From the IMG/VR virus record IMGVR_UViG_3300021959_008125, positions 1 to 64,000 of that record: DNA of 64,000 nucleotides. One strand, given 5' to 3'. Shown one piece after another: positions 1 to 10,517 of this stretch. Position 1 is the first letter of the stretch, and each line of letters opens with the position of its first letter. The DNA comes from a virus. The notes under the pieces were generated by a model. The model saw nothing but the letters and a program-made list of their open reading frames with translations. It was not told the origin of the DNA and did not search any database. Made by a program: the position numbers and the translations under genes.

Positions 1-1
1 T

Positions 2-1432
2 GGAGCATTACATATTACTGGAGCGAACCTTTTGCTCAATGGTAGCGACATAGGTAATAGAATAACTATACTTGAAAATAGCAATACCGGTTCTTTAATC
101 TTTGGTGATTTACTAATTTGGACAGGATCGGTTGAAGACCGTCTTACAAACCTTTATATCCATAGTCAAAGCTTAAACGACTTTACAAGTTCTTATAATA
201 CTGGTTCATTTACAGGTAGTTTCATAGGAGATGGTTCTGGTTTAACAGGAATAGTATCCTCTTCTTATGCTCTTACTGCATCATTTGTGGAATGGGATAA
301 TGTAGAAAATAAACCTGACGGTATTATATCTAGGTCGGCTCAAATTACCGCTCTTGGATTTATATCTGAAAGTGCATCCGGAGTAAACTACATATCACAA
401 AGTACTTCACAATCTCTTACAGAAATTGAGGTAATAGATTATGATAATAACGTATCAGTAGACTTTACAACAGGAAGATTAAAATTTATCTTTGGCGCTC
501 CAGGAGTACCTTCAGATCTGAGTTTAACCTTAAGTGGGTTTGAAACAGACAGATTTAATAACGTAAATGATAATTACACTATTAATGGTAGTTGGAATAA
601 TCAAGGGTACACACTCATATCTGCTTCTTTATTCACCGGTTCTGTCCTCATAACAGAAGTTGGAACAGGAACAACCCTTTCTAATTCACCTACCACATCA
701 GGTTCTCAAGATTACAGATTAGAATATACAGCTAGTTCACCGTTAGATAGTTCAATATTTACCGGTTCAGTAACAGTAAGCGGCACTTTGTCTAAAGTAG
801 AACCAACAAATCCATCAGTTAGCTATACAGCTACAGTTCAGTTAGGTGCAACTTCTAATCAAATAGAACAAGGAGCGACGGGAAGTATTTCATTTACACC
901 TTCTTACGGAACAGCTAATGGATGGACCCAGACAAGTCTAACCACTGCTCCGCCTTCATCTCCATTTACTACAACAGGCTTTTCAGCAAGTCTTTCGATC
1001 ACTACTACTGCTAACTATGAATCTCCTGCTGGAGATAACATACCGCAGATATTTACCAATAAACAGAGTAATAGAACTTATTCTATTATTAGAAGTGTTA
1101 GATACGGAGCTTTAGCTTCATCTAGTCTTACTCAAAGCGAAATTGAAAATTTAGATGCTTGGGATACAACTTTAGGAGGAAGCGCCGGTACAGTAAATAA
1201 AGGTACTGTTAATCCAAACGGAGATAGTGGAACCTTTAGCTGGTCTGGGGATAAGTATCATTACATAATTTACAATTCAAGTCAAAGCGACTTAACCGAT
1301 ATAACTACAAGCGGATTCGGAGTATTTGGTCAATTTAGTAAATCTACAGTTGGGGACTATACTGTTTATATTACTAACGACTTACAAGCCGGAGGAGCTG
1401 GTACAAGTATAACTTATGATTTAGAAGTTTAA
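2..1432 (+). CDS. Ser/Thr-rich virion structural protein (5'-partial; frame open to window edge)
   Basis: Frame of ORF 32..1432 is open upstream to base 2 (GALHITGANL...). Many TGS/SAS/SSS motifs, VEWDNVENKP fibre motif, beta-rich C-terminus; directly precedes the tail fibre gene. Confidence 0.7.
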   Translation, partial: GALHITGANLLLNGSDIGNRITILENSNTGSLIFGDLLIWTGSVEDRLTNLYIHSQSLNDFTSSYNTGSFTGSFIGDGSGLTGIVSSSYALTASFVEWDNVENKPDGIISRSAQITALGFISESASGVNYISQSTSQSLTEIEVIDYDNNVSVDFTTGRLKFIFGAPGVPSDLSLTLSGFETDRFNNVNDNYTINGSWNNQGYTLISASLFTGSVLITEVGTGTTLSNSPTTSGSQDYRLEYTASSPLDSSIFTGSVTVSGTLSKVEPTNPSVSYTATVQLGATSNQIEQGATGSISFTPSYGTANGWTQTSLTTAPPSSPFTTTGFSASLSITTTANYESPAGDNIPQIFTNKQSNRTYSIIRSVRYGALASSSLTQSEIENLDAWDTTLGGSAGTVNKGTVNPNGDSGTFSWSGDKYHYIIYNSSQSDLTDITTSGFGVFGQFSKSTVGDYTVYITNDLQAGGAGTSITYDLEV

Positions 1433-1435
1433 GAT

Positions 1436-4400
1436 ATGGCGATAGTACTACCTGGCGGCTTTAATATAACGAACAACGAACCAGCAGATGCAAGGTTTTC
1501 CGTTGCAGACTCTTCTGCTCGTTTAGGATTATCTGCCGCCAACGTATATGAAGGTTTATTAGTTTATCAACGTGATAACGATACTCTGTATGTACTGACT
1601 AATGCTAGTGATCCAAGCCAGGCAGGTAACTGGACTGAAGTAGGAGCTCAAGTTGATATTTCTTCACTTAATGCTTTTACTGGTTCGGCAGAGAGTAGAT
1701 TAGATGCTCTTGAATTAGAAACAGGATCTATTGCAACAGAACAGGCATTACAAGATGCTAGATTAGATGCAATTGAAGCAGCTACAGGTTCTTTAACAGA
1801 TTCCGGGATAACCGGCAGTAGTTTAGTAACGGCTTCTGCAACTGGTGATACGATTACGTTTACTAAAGGAGACGGTTCAACTTTCCCTATAACAATCTTT
1901 ACTTCCTCAAGTTTAGGACTAAATACTAAGGTAGGTTTTATACCAACTTCTTCATTCGTTGCTTACAGTCCCGGAGGTAGTACCCAGGCATCTGCTAGTG
2001 TTGAATTTGCAACACCTTTTAGTTCGTCAGATTACCAGGTAGTAGTTCATTACCCAAATGTGCTTGCTACTGGTTCAGTTTTTGACCGGTTAGTTACAGC
2101 TCCCATGATTGCTGTTGTAAATAAAACAACTACAGGATTTGGAGTATTAATAGACACATCTATATCAGTTCTAGCTAATGATAGATCCTTTGACAATGAT
2201 ATTAGTTACATAGCTGTAGCAAACGGAGAAACAGCAGTTACTTCATCTTTTACTTTATTATCTGCAACAGCTTCTTACGTCGAATATGATAATGTAGCAA
2301 ATAAACCGACTTTAGTTTCTTCTAGTGCTCAAGTTGCAAGCTTAACCGGTAGCTTAATTAGTACTGCATCTGCTACTGGGGATACGATAACCTTTACTAA
2401 AGGAGATGGTTCAACTTTTCCTATAACAATCTATACTTCCTCAAGTTTAGGATTAAATACTAAGGTTGGTAATGTGCCTTCTGCTTCTTTTCAAGCAACA
2501 GGTAGTGATAGTTATGCCTCAGTAACATTTGCAACCCCTTTTAGTTCATCAGATTACGGTGTATCTCTCCAACTTGCAAACGCTAATAAAGAGTTATATG
2601 CACAATTAGATGACTTTTCTATTGAAAATAAAACTACTTCTGGGTTTGATATTTGGGCAGATGCCACTATTACAAATTGGAGTAATATACCGGGTTCTAG
2701 TGTAGACTACATAGCGGTAGCAAATGGTGAAACAGCAGTTACTTCTTCATTCACTCTATTATCCGCCACTGCATCTTATGTTGAATATAACAATGTAGCT
2801 AATAAACCAACACTTGTATCATCTAGTAATCAAATAGCTGATATAACTGGAAGTTTAATAACTACTGCTTCTGCTACTGGGGATACAATTACTTTTACTA
2901 AAGGAGATGGTTCGACGTTTCCTATAACAGTATTTAGTTCTTCAAGTTTAGGTCTGAATACTAAGGTAGGTAATGTGCCTTCTGCTTCTTTTCAAGCTAC
3001 TGGGAGTAATGATAGTTTCTTTGACGTAACCTTTGCTACACCATTCAGTTCATCGAATTATAGTGTAGCTTTAACAAATAATGGGCTATTTGGAGATGTT
3101 TATGCTGAAAATAAAACTCCTACAGGATTTAGATTAGTCAGCACGTACACAACAGGAAGTTGGGGTCTTTATCCCGGTTCTAGTGTAGACTACATAGCGG
3201 TAGCAAATGGTGAAACAGCAGTTACTTCATCCTTTACTTTACTATCTGCAACTGCATCGTATGTTGAATATGATAACGTTGCTAATAAACCAACACTTGT
3301 ATCATCTAGTAATCAAATAGCAGATATTACCGGTAGTTTAATTAGTACTGCATCTGCAGCCGGAAGTACTATAACTTTCACAAAAGGAGATGCAAGTACA
3401 TTCGATGTAGTTATTACTACTGCTACAGCTGAGTCAGCCTCACATTTTGCTGAAGGTCTTGTAACAGCATCAAATGATTTCTCAGAAATTACTTTTACGA
3501 AAGATAACGGAGATACATTTACTTTAGATACCACAGGTAATCATATTCATGAACTTGTAAAGAATAAAGAATCTCAAACACTTGTAAAAGGAACACCAGT
3601 ATACGTTTCAGGCTCTACAGGAAATGCTAGCCATGTATATGCAGCATCAGCCTCCAGAGCCGATAGAATGCCTGCAGCATACGTACTAGATGAAGATCTA
3701 GCTTTTGACCAGGAAGGGTATGCTGTTCTTTCAGGATTCATAAATAATGTAAACACCTCTCAATTTGCAGCAGGAGATAGTGTTTATGTAGGAGCATCAG
3801 GAGGGTATACAAATGTAAAACCAACCGGTACAAACTTTATACAAAAATTAGGTAACGTAATTAAAGTAGATGCGGCAAACGGTTCTGGAGTAATCACAGG
3901 AGCCGGTCGTGCTAACGATGTACCTAATATACAAGAAAATTATTTATGGATTGGTAATGCCGACGGTGTAGCAACACCGGTATCAACAGGATCTTTATCC
4001 GGTTCATTTACGCTACTTTCAGACTTTATTGCTGCTTCTAGTTCATTTAGTACTAGGGTATCTACTTTAGAAACTAATGATACTCTACAAGATCTTAGAT
4101 TAGATGCATTAGAACTAGAAACAGGTTCGATCGCCAGTGAGCAGTCTACACAAGATAATAGACTACAAGCTCTAGAAACTAAAACAGGTTCATTAGAGAG
4201 TACTGATACTTTATATGACGGTAGACTAGATAGTTTAGAAACTGAAACTGGTTCTATATCTACCGAACAAACTTTACAAGATAGCAGATTACAGTCTTTA
4301 GAAACTAAGACAGGTTCTTTAGAAAGTACCGATACTTTATACGACGGTAGACTAGATGCTATCGAAGCAGCTACTAGCTCGTATGCTTTAGAAGCTAACA

Positions 4401-6379
4401 TTAGCGGAGCTTTTTCAGCACCAAGTTCTTCTTTTAGTACAAGAATTACAGATTTAGAAGGTGTAGATAATTTATACGACGGTAGACTAGATGCACTTGA
4501 ATTAGAAACAGGATCTATATCTACCGAACAAACTTTACAGGATAGTAGATTACAATCTTTAGAAACTAAATCTGGTTCGTTAGAGAGTACTGATACTCTA
4601 TACGACGGTAGGCTAGATGCTATCGAAGCAGCTACAAGTTCATACTTATTAAACACTACAGATACTCTAACAGGTACTTTAACTGTAACTAACGTTGTAG
4701 ATGCATCTTCAGTTACTATAGCCGATGAACTTAGACATAAAACAGATGAACATACTAAATTAGCATTTGCTAGTGATCAAATTCAATTATACACTTCAGG
4801 CAGCTCTAGAGTAAATGTTACTAATAATAGTGTAAGTAGTTTAGTTAACCTTAATGTTACCAACGATAGTAATCCAACTATTAATATACAGGATACTACT
4901 AATAATAATTACTTACAATTAAAAGCATTAGACAATGCTTCAAAAATAGAATTTACTAATAGCTTAATTTTTGAATCAGGTTCTAGTAATACTGAAATAG
5001 CGAGACTTAGTAACGAAGGACTAAACATGAATAGTTTTAAAATTATTCAAGTACAAGATCCAACTTTAGCACAAGATGCTGCTACTAAAGCATATGTAGA
5101 CAGTACTGTTAATGCAGCAACAGGAAGTGTAGATACACTAGCAGAAGTATTAGCAAATGGGAACACTACCGGAGGAACCAATATATCGGTTTCAGCTAAC
5201 GATGATATTAATTTTTCTTCCACTAGTGAAGCTATATTTAATAATAATCGACTTAGAATTTATGAATCAGGTACAGGAGCTTTTGTTATCCAGTCTGGTT
5301 CTGGAGCTTTAAATTTAAGAGCATCTTCTGTCATACTAGGAGGTTTTGGAGGAGGACCAATGCTACAAGCTACCGAAGGTGGAGCAGTAGTTCTTAGACA
5401 TAATGAAGTACTAAAACTTTCAACATCTACTACAGGTCTTACAGTTTCAGGTAGAATCTCTAGCCTTACAGACCCTACCGCTGCTCAAGATGCTGCTACT
5501 AAAGCATATGTAGATAGTACAGTTAACGGAGCAACAGGTTCTTTCTTACTCAATACTACAGATACGTTAACAGGAGATTTAACTGTAACCGGTAGAATCA
5601 CCGCAGAAGAATTTCATACAGAGTTTATATCTTCTTCAATTATATACAGAAGCGGTTCAACCAAATTTGGAGATACAGCAGATGATTCTCATGACTTTAC
5701 AGGTTCTCTTGCAATCGACGGATCTAGTTTATCAAGAAATATTTTAAAAGTTACAGGTACAACTACTAACCCACTAGCTAGATTTGAAAGTAGTACGAAT
5801 AGATCACATATAGAGTTTGACAACAACACAACCTCAGGTAGTATTGGTGTATTTGCTGCTACAATGTACTTTGATTTAGACCCTGCAGGATCTTTTGGGG
5901 GCCCTGGTGCAATGATATTTGCTATTTCAGGCAGTCAAAAAATGCGAATTGAAAAAACAGGTAATGTCGGTATAGGTACATTAACTCCTGGTGAACTTTT
6001 AACCGTAGGAGGCAATATATCCGGTAGCGGTAATTTAGTCATAGAAGGAAACATTACCGGTTCAGCAGGTCTATTCTCAGGAGATGTAGATGCAAACGAC
6101 TTTATTACAACTTCCGACCGTAGATTAAAAAGCGAAATTACTCCAATTAAAGAAGGATTAGAAACATTAAAACAATTTGTATCATACGAATATATTAAAT
6201 CAGATAGACAGGATGCAGGATTTATAGCCCAGGAAGTACAGCAGGCTATCCCTTATGCAATACAAAGTGGAAGCGGTGGTTATTTAACTATGAGAGATAG
6301 ACCTATCCTGGCACATATGCATAAAGCAATATTAGAGCTAAGTGAAAGATTAGAAGTAATAGAACAAAAAATTAAATAA
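1436..6379 (+). CDS. Long tail fibre / receptor-binding protein with C-terminal intramolecular chaperone (peptidase S74)
   Basis: C-terminal TSDRRLK...GFIAQEV...coiled coil is the S74 signature; DAATKAYVD fibre motifs; GNVGIGT repeat; three lectin-like tandem repeats and heptad repeats. Confidence 0.88.
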   Translation: MAIVLPGGFNITNNEPADARFSVADSSARLGLSAANVYEGLLVYQRDNDTLYVLTNASDPSQAGNWTEVGAQVDISSLNAFTGSAESRLDALELETGSIATEQALQDARLDAIEAATGSLTDSGITGSSLVTASATGDTITFTKGDGSTFPITIFTSSSLGLNTKVGFIPTSSFVAYSPGGSTQASASVEFATPFSSSDYQVVVHYPNVLATGSVFDRLVTAPMIAVVNKTTTGFGVLIDTSISVLANDRSFDNDISYIAVANGETAVTSSFTLLSATASYVEYDNVANKPTLVSSSAQVASLTGSLISTASATGDTITFTKGDGSTFPITIYTSSSLGLNTKVGNVPSASFQATGSDSYASVTFATPFSSSDYGVSLQLANANKELYAQLDDFSIENKTTSGFDIWADATITNWSNIPGSSVDYIAVANGETAVTSSFTLLSATASYVEYNNVANKPTLVSSSNQIADITGSLITTASATGDTITFTKGDGSTFPITVFSSSSLGLNTKVGNVPSASFQATGSNDSFFDVTFATPFSSSNYSVALTNNGLFGDVYAENKTPTGFRLVSTYTTGSWGLYPGSSVDYIAVANGETAVTSSFTLLSATASYVEYDNVANKPTLVSSSNQIADITGSLISTASAAGSTITFTKGDASTFDVVITTATAESASHFAEGLVTASNDFSEITFTKDNGDTFTLDTTGNHIHELVKNKESQTLVKGTPVYVSGSTGNASHVYAASASRADRMPAAYVLDEDLAFDQEGYAVLSGFINNVNTSQFAAGDSVYVGASGGYTNVKPTGTNFIQKLGNVIKVDAANGSGVITGAGRANDVPNIQENYLWIGNADGVATPVSTGSLSGSFTLLSDFIAASSSFSTRVSTLETNDTLQDLRLDALELETGSIASEQSTQDNRLQALETKTGSLESTDTLYDGRLDSLETETGSISTEQTLQDSRLQSLETKTGSLESTDTLYDGRLDAIEAATSSYALEANISGAFSAPSSSFSTRITDLEGVDNLYDGRLDALELETGSISTEQTLQDSRLQSLETKSGSLESTDTLYDGRLDAIEAATSSYLLNTTDTLTGTLTVTNVVDASSVTIADELRHKTDEHTKLAFASDQIQLYTSGSSRVNVTNNSVSSLVNLNVTNDSNPTINIQDTTNNNYLQLKALDNASKIEFTNSLIFESGSSNTEIARLSNEGLNMNSFKIIQVQDPTLAQDAATKAYVDSTVNAATGSVDTLAEVLANGNTTGGTNISVSANDDINFSSTSEAIFNNNRLRIYESGTGAFVIQSGSGALNLRASSVILGGFGGGPMLQATEGGAVVLRHNEVLKLSTSTTGLTVSGRISSLTDPTAAQDAATKAYVDSTVNGATGSFLLNTTDTLTGDLTVTGRITAEEFHTEFISSSIIYRSGSTKFGDTADDSHDFTGSLAIDGSSLSRNILKVTGTTTNPLARFESSTNRSHIEFDNNTTSGSIGVFAATMYFDLDPAGSFGGPGAMIFAISGSQKMRIEKTGNVGIGTLTPGELLTVGGNISGSGNLVIEGNITGSAGLFSGDVDANDFITTSDRRLKSEITPIKEGLETLKQFVSYEYIKSDRQDAGFIAQEVQQAIPYAIQSGSGGYLTMRDRPILAHMHKAILELSERLEVIEQKIK
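1808..3410 (+). repeat. 3 full + 1 partial tandem repeats (178/167/161 aa) in tail fibre; H-type-lectin/gp53-like modules
   Basis: Units start near 1808, 2342, 2843 and 3326 with TAS(A)TGDTITFTKGDGSTF...GLNTKVG...FATPFSSS(D/N)Y...NKT.xGF...YIAVANGETAVTSSFTLLSATASYVEY.NVANKP. Confidence 0.9.
4082..4645 (+). repeat. 21-aa (63-nt) coiled-coil repeats in tail fibre
   Basis: Alternating DGRLD(S/A)LE.ETGSISTEQTLQ / DSRLQSLETKTGSLESTDTLY units, near-identical at DNA level; a related copy lies near 1690-1795. Confidence 0.9.
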
Positions 6380-6382
6380 GTT

Positions 6383-7255
6383 ATGCCAATAGTAGAATCA
6401 GGTTCGTTTAACATGTTTGCAACGAGCAGCAATCCTGATGATAGTATCAGAGGAGCTGTAAAGTCTGTTGGTAGAAACATACTTGATTCTGACTCTTTCG
6501 AAACTATAATAAATAAACTTACTCCTGCTGACGCTAAATTTTTCAGCCCTAGATATGCTAAGGTATCAAATGCAAATGACATAAGGAGTTCTATTTCTAG
6601 TTCTGAACAGTTTAGAGAGTTCCCACATTTAGACTGTCCTTTAGGCATAGATGTTACAGAAGTAAATAATCCTAATTCGTTTAATGTTGAACTAGAAGCT
6701 ATTTTCTTAACAAGTATATCATCAGGAAGTATATCTAGTGGTTCTGGTGGAGGGTTAGTAAAAGATAGGTATTTTAATTTTGAAGTACCAATAAACACTA
6801 TTATAACAAGTACTGCAGATCCCGCTACAAACAGTACTTTTCTAGGATGGGGAACAGATAACGGTACAAACTCAATTTTTACTTCAAGCTTGAGTTTAAC
6901 TTTTGAAGTTTCTTCTAGCGTGGACTATTATGCTTTCTTTAATAATCTAGAAATAAATTCTGCTACTTTCTGTAGCCACAGTTTATTAGCTCCTGCTTTT
7001 GATGTATGTTTTAGTTGTGCTAGTAGTTCCATAAGCTATGGCCCTGTAACTATTTATTACACCGGTTCTCAATCTATTTTAACAGGAGCTGCAGGAGATA
7101 CTGTCTGGTATTTAGACGAGAGTTTATCAGTATCAGCATCAGATGGAAGGTACTACCCTGACGGAGGTGAAGGTTCCGGAGTATTTTATCAAGTTGAAAA
7201 TGGAGTGGTTACACAAATAATAACATGTCCTAACGGAAATACTTTAAATTGTTAA
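6383..7255 (+). CDS. Ser-rich virion protein (InlB B-repeat-like domain + Cys-containing C-terminal module)
   Basis: STADPATNSTFLGWG motif; C-terminal WYLD...DGRYY...YQVENGVV...C; tail-fibre locus. Confidence 0.55.
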   Translation: MPIVESGSFNMFATSSNPDDSIRGAVKSVGRNILDSDSFETIINKLTPADAKFFSPRYAKVSNANDIRSSISSSEQFREFPHLDCPLGIDVTEVNNPNSFNVELEAIFLTSISSGSISSGSGGGLVKDRYFNFEVPINTIITSTADPATNSTFLGWGTDNGTNSIFTSSLSLTFEVSSSVDYYAFFNNLEINSATFCSHSLLAPAFDVCFSCASSSISYGPVTIYYTGSQSILTGAAGDTVWYLDESLSVSASDGRYYPDGGEGSGVFYQVENGVVTQIITCPNGNTLNC

Positions 7256-7258
7256 ACT

Positions 7259-10200
7259 ATGGCAACATTATTTTTTTCTAGTAGCAATTGGACAGATTTT
7301 ACTCCTTTTGGTTTAGACCAAGATAGTTATGGAGGGGATAACAAAAAGTTTAACAGATTAACAACTACTGTAGAGCTCCCTTCCACAGATCACAAAATAG
7401 TTAAAATAAGTATATCCCAAAGTGTATCTCCTGGTTATGATATAGGATATATTACTTTTACTTCCCCCGATGGTAGTGTTTTAAGTACATTAAATGAAAA
7501 TACCAGTGATAATTTATTTACTCCAGTAATAAGTGTAACCGCTGATGACCAAGCTTTATTTACTAATACTAGATGGTTTGAAACTAATTCGTATAATGGA
7601 GTTACTACTGATATACTTGTTAATGTAAACGGACCAGAAAGACTTAAAACTACTTTATTAAATTTACATATCGATATAGGAGCTAATTTAAATTACTCAA
7701 ATGCAAATGAAGAAGTAAATGTTATAATTGATTGTGACTATATTACTCCTGTTAAACATACAGCAGGTTTACACCCTTACTCTCCTTATGATGCTAAGGA
7801 CGGATCATCTACATACCAAACTAAAGTTTGGAGATTAGCTAGCTTAACCCCGGGTACATACTTATATTCTGATGCACTCATGACTAAACCAGCCTTACCG
7901 TATTATTACGGAATCGGCTCTACTGTTTATCAAGTAGGAGAAGAGTTAGATAGAAACTACGGTACTGTCTTAAAAGTCAAAGTAAAACCAAGATTATTTG
8001 CCCAACCTAAGACTGAATATAGATATACAGGCCCTACCAGCAATTGGTATCAAAAAGGAAAAAAAAGAAAAGAGCCTACAACAAAATTAATTAGAAGCGA
8101 ATGGCACGATGATTCATCTTATGATTATTCTCCGATGAATATTGAACCTTTTGTACCTAGTGTAGGAAAAATAAGCAGAACATACGCTAATGCTTCAATA
8201 CCTCAACCGTCAGTATATAGGTACTATGTTACCTCCGATACTACATCTGGTTATAAAGCTGCTGAGAAATGGAGATATTATGACTTAAGCGGGAAAAAAC
8301 ACTATATTATGAACGGTGGGTTTAACGCTTTATACCATCTAGGTCAAGCATATTCTAATAGTTTAACAAGTAGGCTTAATGACGGTAATTACGCAACTTT
8401 TATCGACGGTAATTTAATACAGATATTGATACAAGCTAGTAAATCTTCCGAACAGGTAACCAACGAAGGAGTGTTGATATTCAACAGTATTGTGCTTGCC
8501 ACGGAAATACCTGGTCTTATAGCAACAATCGCAGGAAAAAAAGCTGCAGGAGGTCTTCTAACTAACACAGTTTTTGCAGGTCTTAGCTCACCAGCTGGTA
8601 TTATAATTTCTGTTATAATACTTGTAGTAATTATTGTACTACTTTTAATTAGTATTTTTAAAAAAACTTGGTTAATTGAACCTCTTCCTTCTCTTAAAAA
8701 TGTATTTAGCTCTAGCCCTACTATATCAAATGGTGATAACTTTTATAAAAAAGATAATTTAGCCACAGAAATTGATACTGGAACTTACTACAGTAATGGT
8801 TTGGAGACTTTCCTATATTCTGGAACAGTTTCTGGTAAATCTTATTATTATGTTACAGGATTAGTTGGTTTTGATTATGAAGACGGTAACAAAAAAATAA
8901 TAAGAAGTGATGCCCCACTAGGATTAGGAATAGTATTTGATCAAGTATTTGACAGTACAGAAAATAACGCAGTGTGGGAAAGATTAATAACTTTACCTTA
9001 TGAAGCAGGAAAACCGGTACCGGGTAAGACAGTATCTGCAGCTACAGTATATACTAGCGCAGCTGCAAGTGCTAACGTAAGTTATAATGTAGGAGCGTTT
9101 GAAAGAGTACTTGTAAATTCAGTTGAACTGGAAGAGGGACTTTTAACTAGCTATGTATCACAAGCTGACGCTGACGCTAAAGCAACAATAATGCTATCTG
9201 CTTCTAGAGCTTACATAACTGGTTCTTCAACTCCAGGAGACTTAGAAAACGAATACGTAGTTAGCAGTAGTTTATTTTATTTTACACATACTATAAAGGT
9301 AGAAAACAATCCTAAGATTTTACCTTTATTTTGGACTGGGTCATTGACAGCAGGGACTGATTTATATTATGACGAAGGAGGTAGAAATAAGATATTAAAC
9401 GGATACTATTCAACCGGTAGCGCAGGTGCAAACTACAGAGACTTCTTTTTAGTAGAGAGCGGTAGTATATTAAAATCAGAAGTAATGGCCACAGCAGGTT
9501 CATCTAATACTGTTAGTGGACAACCGGTGGATACTTCTAATTTAGATTTTACTAGCGGGTGGGCTATAAGTGATGAAAGTAAATCGACTGTATATTCTAC
9601 AACTAATAGAGTAATTAATACTCATTTATATGACACAAGTAAACTCTTAGCTAATAATTTAGCTAAAAGAATAATAGTATCCGGTTCTAATAGAGTATCC
9701 GATAGTTCCACTATAAAAGTTTATGCAGGTACAGGTGTTAGCTCAACAGGAAGTTTTAATTCTCAAACTACTGGCTGGTACACAGATATTACTAGATGGG
9801 CACCCGGTCAGCAAAGAGAAGTACTACCAGAGTCGGTCTATTCACAGCCTACTAAAACTCTTACACCGTCTTTTAAAGAGGACTGTACCTGGCAAGAAAA
9901 TGCGAACGAAAGAGGAGTTTACGTCGAGTTCAGATCAGCTTCAGCATTTACAGCACCTCAAAACCCAGTAGACTTAGCTTTTGAAGTTAGGACTGCTACC
10001 GGAGCTGTAGGTACTTATAGAACAACAGTACCTGGGGATAAATCTAGACATTTTGTTCCGATAATTGATGGTAATTTTGAACCTAATCAATATTTTACAA
10101 GTATTACCTTAAGTAAAGTTTTTTCTCCTAATCCAAACAAAGGAGTAAGCATTTACACAGGCTCAGCTATTTTATCTTCTGTATGTTCTGCTCCTGCCGG

Positions 10201-10510
10201 AGGAAGTGAAACAGTATTTATATCACAAGTTAGATATAATTGTGATGATTTATGTTGGCAATCGGGAGATACTTCGTATCTTGTTAATAACAGTTCAGAT
10301 TCAACTGAAACGTATGCTAATATTACTGAAGGTACATACATCACAGATGTAGAAGGAAGTTTGAGCCAAGTGTTTGGATATATTGCTGTAGCAGCATCTT
10401 CAACACAAACTAGTGATACTAGTAATGTTAAAATATTAGAAGTAGATAACTTTGGATTTGTAACAACTATTATAAATTGTTCTGGTGGTGCATGTACAAA
10501 CCCATTATAA
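7259..10510 (+). CDS. Large virion protein with internal hydrophobic helix and DUF5977-like motif
   Basis: 1083 aa, Ser/Thr-rich; AGIIISVIILVVIIVLLLISIF segment; SYVSQADADAKA motif; repeated Y.D...GYYS.G modules. Confidence 0.55.
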   Translation: MATLFFSSSNWTDFTPFGLDQDSYGGDNKKFNRLTTTVELPSTDHKIVKISISQSVSPGYDIGYITFTSPDGSVLSTLNENTSDNLFTPVISVTADDQALFTNTRWFETNSYNGVTTDILVNVNGPERLKTTLLNLHIDIGANLNYSNANEEVNVIIDCDYITPVKHTAGLHPYSPYDAKDGSSTYQTKVWRLASLTPGTYLYSDALMTKPALPYYYGIGSTVYQVGEELDRNYGTVLKVKVKPRLFAQPKTEYRYTGPTSNWYQKGKKRKEPTTKLIRSEWHDDSSYDYSPMNIEPFVPSVGKISRTYANASIPQPSVYRYYVTSDTTSGYKAAEKWRYYDLSGKKHYIMNGGFNALYHLGQAYSNSLTSRLNDGNYATFIDGNLIQILIQASKSSEQVTNEGVLIFNSIVLATEIPGLIATIAGKKAAGGLLTNTVFAGLSSPAGIIISVIILVVIIVLLLISIFKKTWLIEPLPSLKNVFSSSPTISNGDNFYKKDNLATEIDTGTYYSNGLETFLYSGTVSGKSYYYVTGLVGFDYEDGNKKIIRSDAPLGLGIVFDQVFDSTENNAVWERLITLPYEAGKPVPGKTVSAATVYTSAAASANVSYNVGAFERVLVNSVELEEGLLTSYVSQADADAKATIMLSASRAYITGSSTPGDLENEYVVSSSLFYFTHTIKVENNPKILPLFWTGSLTAGTDLYYDEGGRNKILNGYYSTGSAGANYRDFFLVESGSILKSEVMATAGSSNTVSGQPVDTSNLDFTSGWAISDESKSTVYSTTNRVINTHLYDTSKLLANNLAKRIIVSGSNRVSDSSTIKVYAGTGVSSTGSFNSQTTGWYTDITRWAPGQQREVLPESVYSQPTKTLTPSFKEDCTWQENANERGVYVEFRSASAFTAPQNPVDLAFEVRTATGAVGTYRTTVPGDKSRHFVPIIDGNFEPNQYFTSITLSKVFSPNPNKGVSIYTGSAILSSVCSAPAGGSETVFISQVRYNCDDLCWQSGDTSYLVNNSSDSTETYANITEGTYITDVEGSLSQVFGYIAVAASSTQTSDTSNVKILEVDNFGFVTTIINCSGGACTNPL

Positions 10511-10517
10511 AAAGTAA

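Noticed and set aside
1808-4645. Tandem repeats as a CRISPR array or DGR template/variable pair
   Set aside because: Repeats are in-frame protein repeats with synonymous variation; no constant-repeat/spacer pattern, no adenine-specific mismatches, no reverse transcriptase in the window
3313-4656. Minus-strand ORFs (3313-3534, 3574-3756, 3940-4656) opposite the tail fibre
   Set aside because: Antisense shadows of repetitive, codon-biased sequence; no recognisable motifs, and all credible genes are on the + strand
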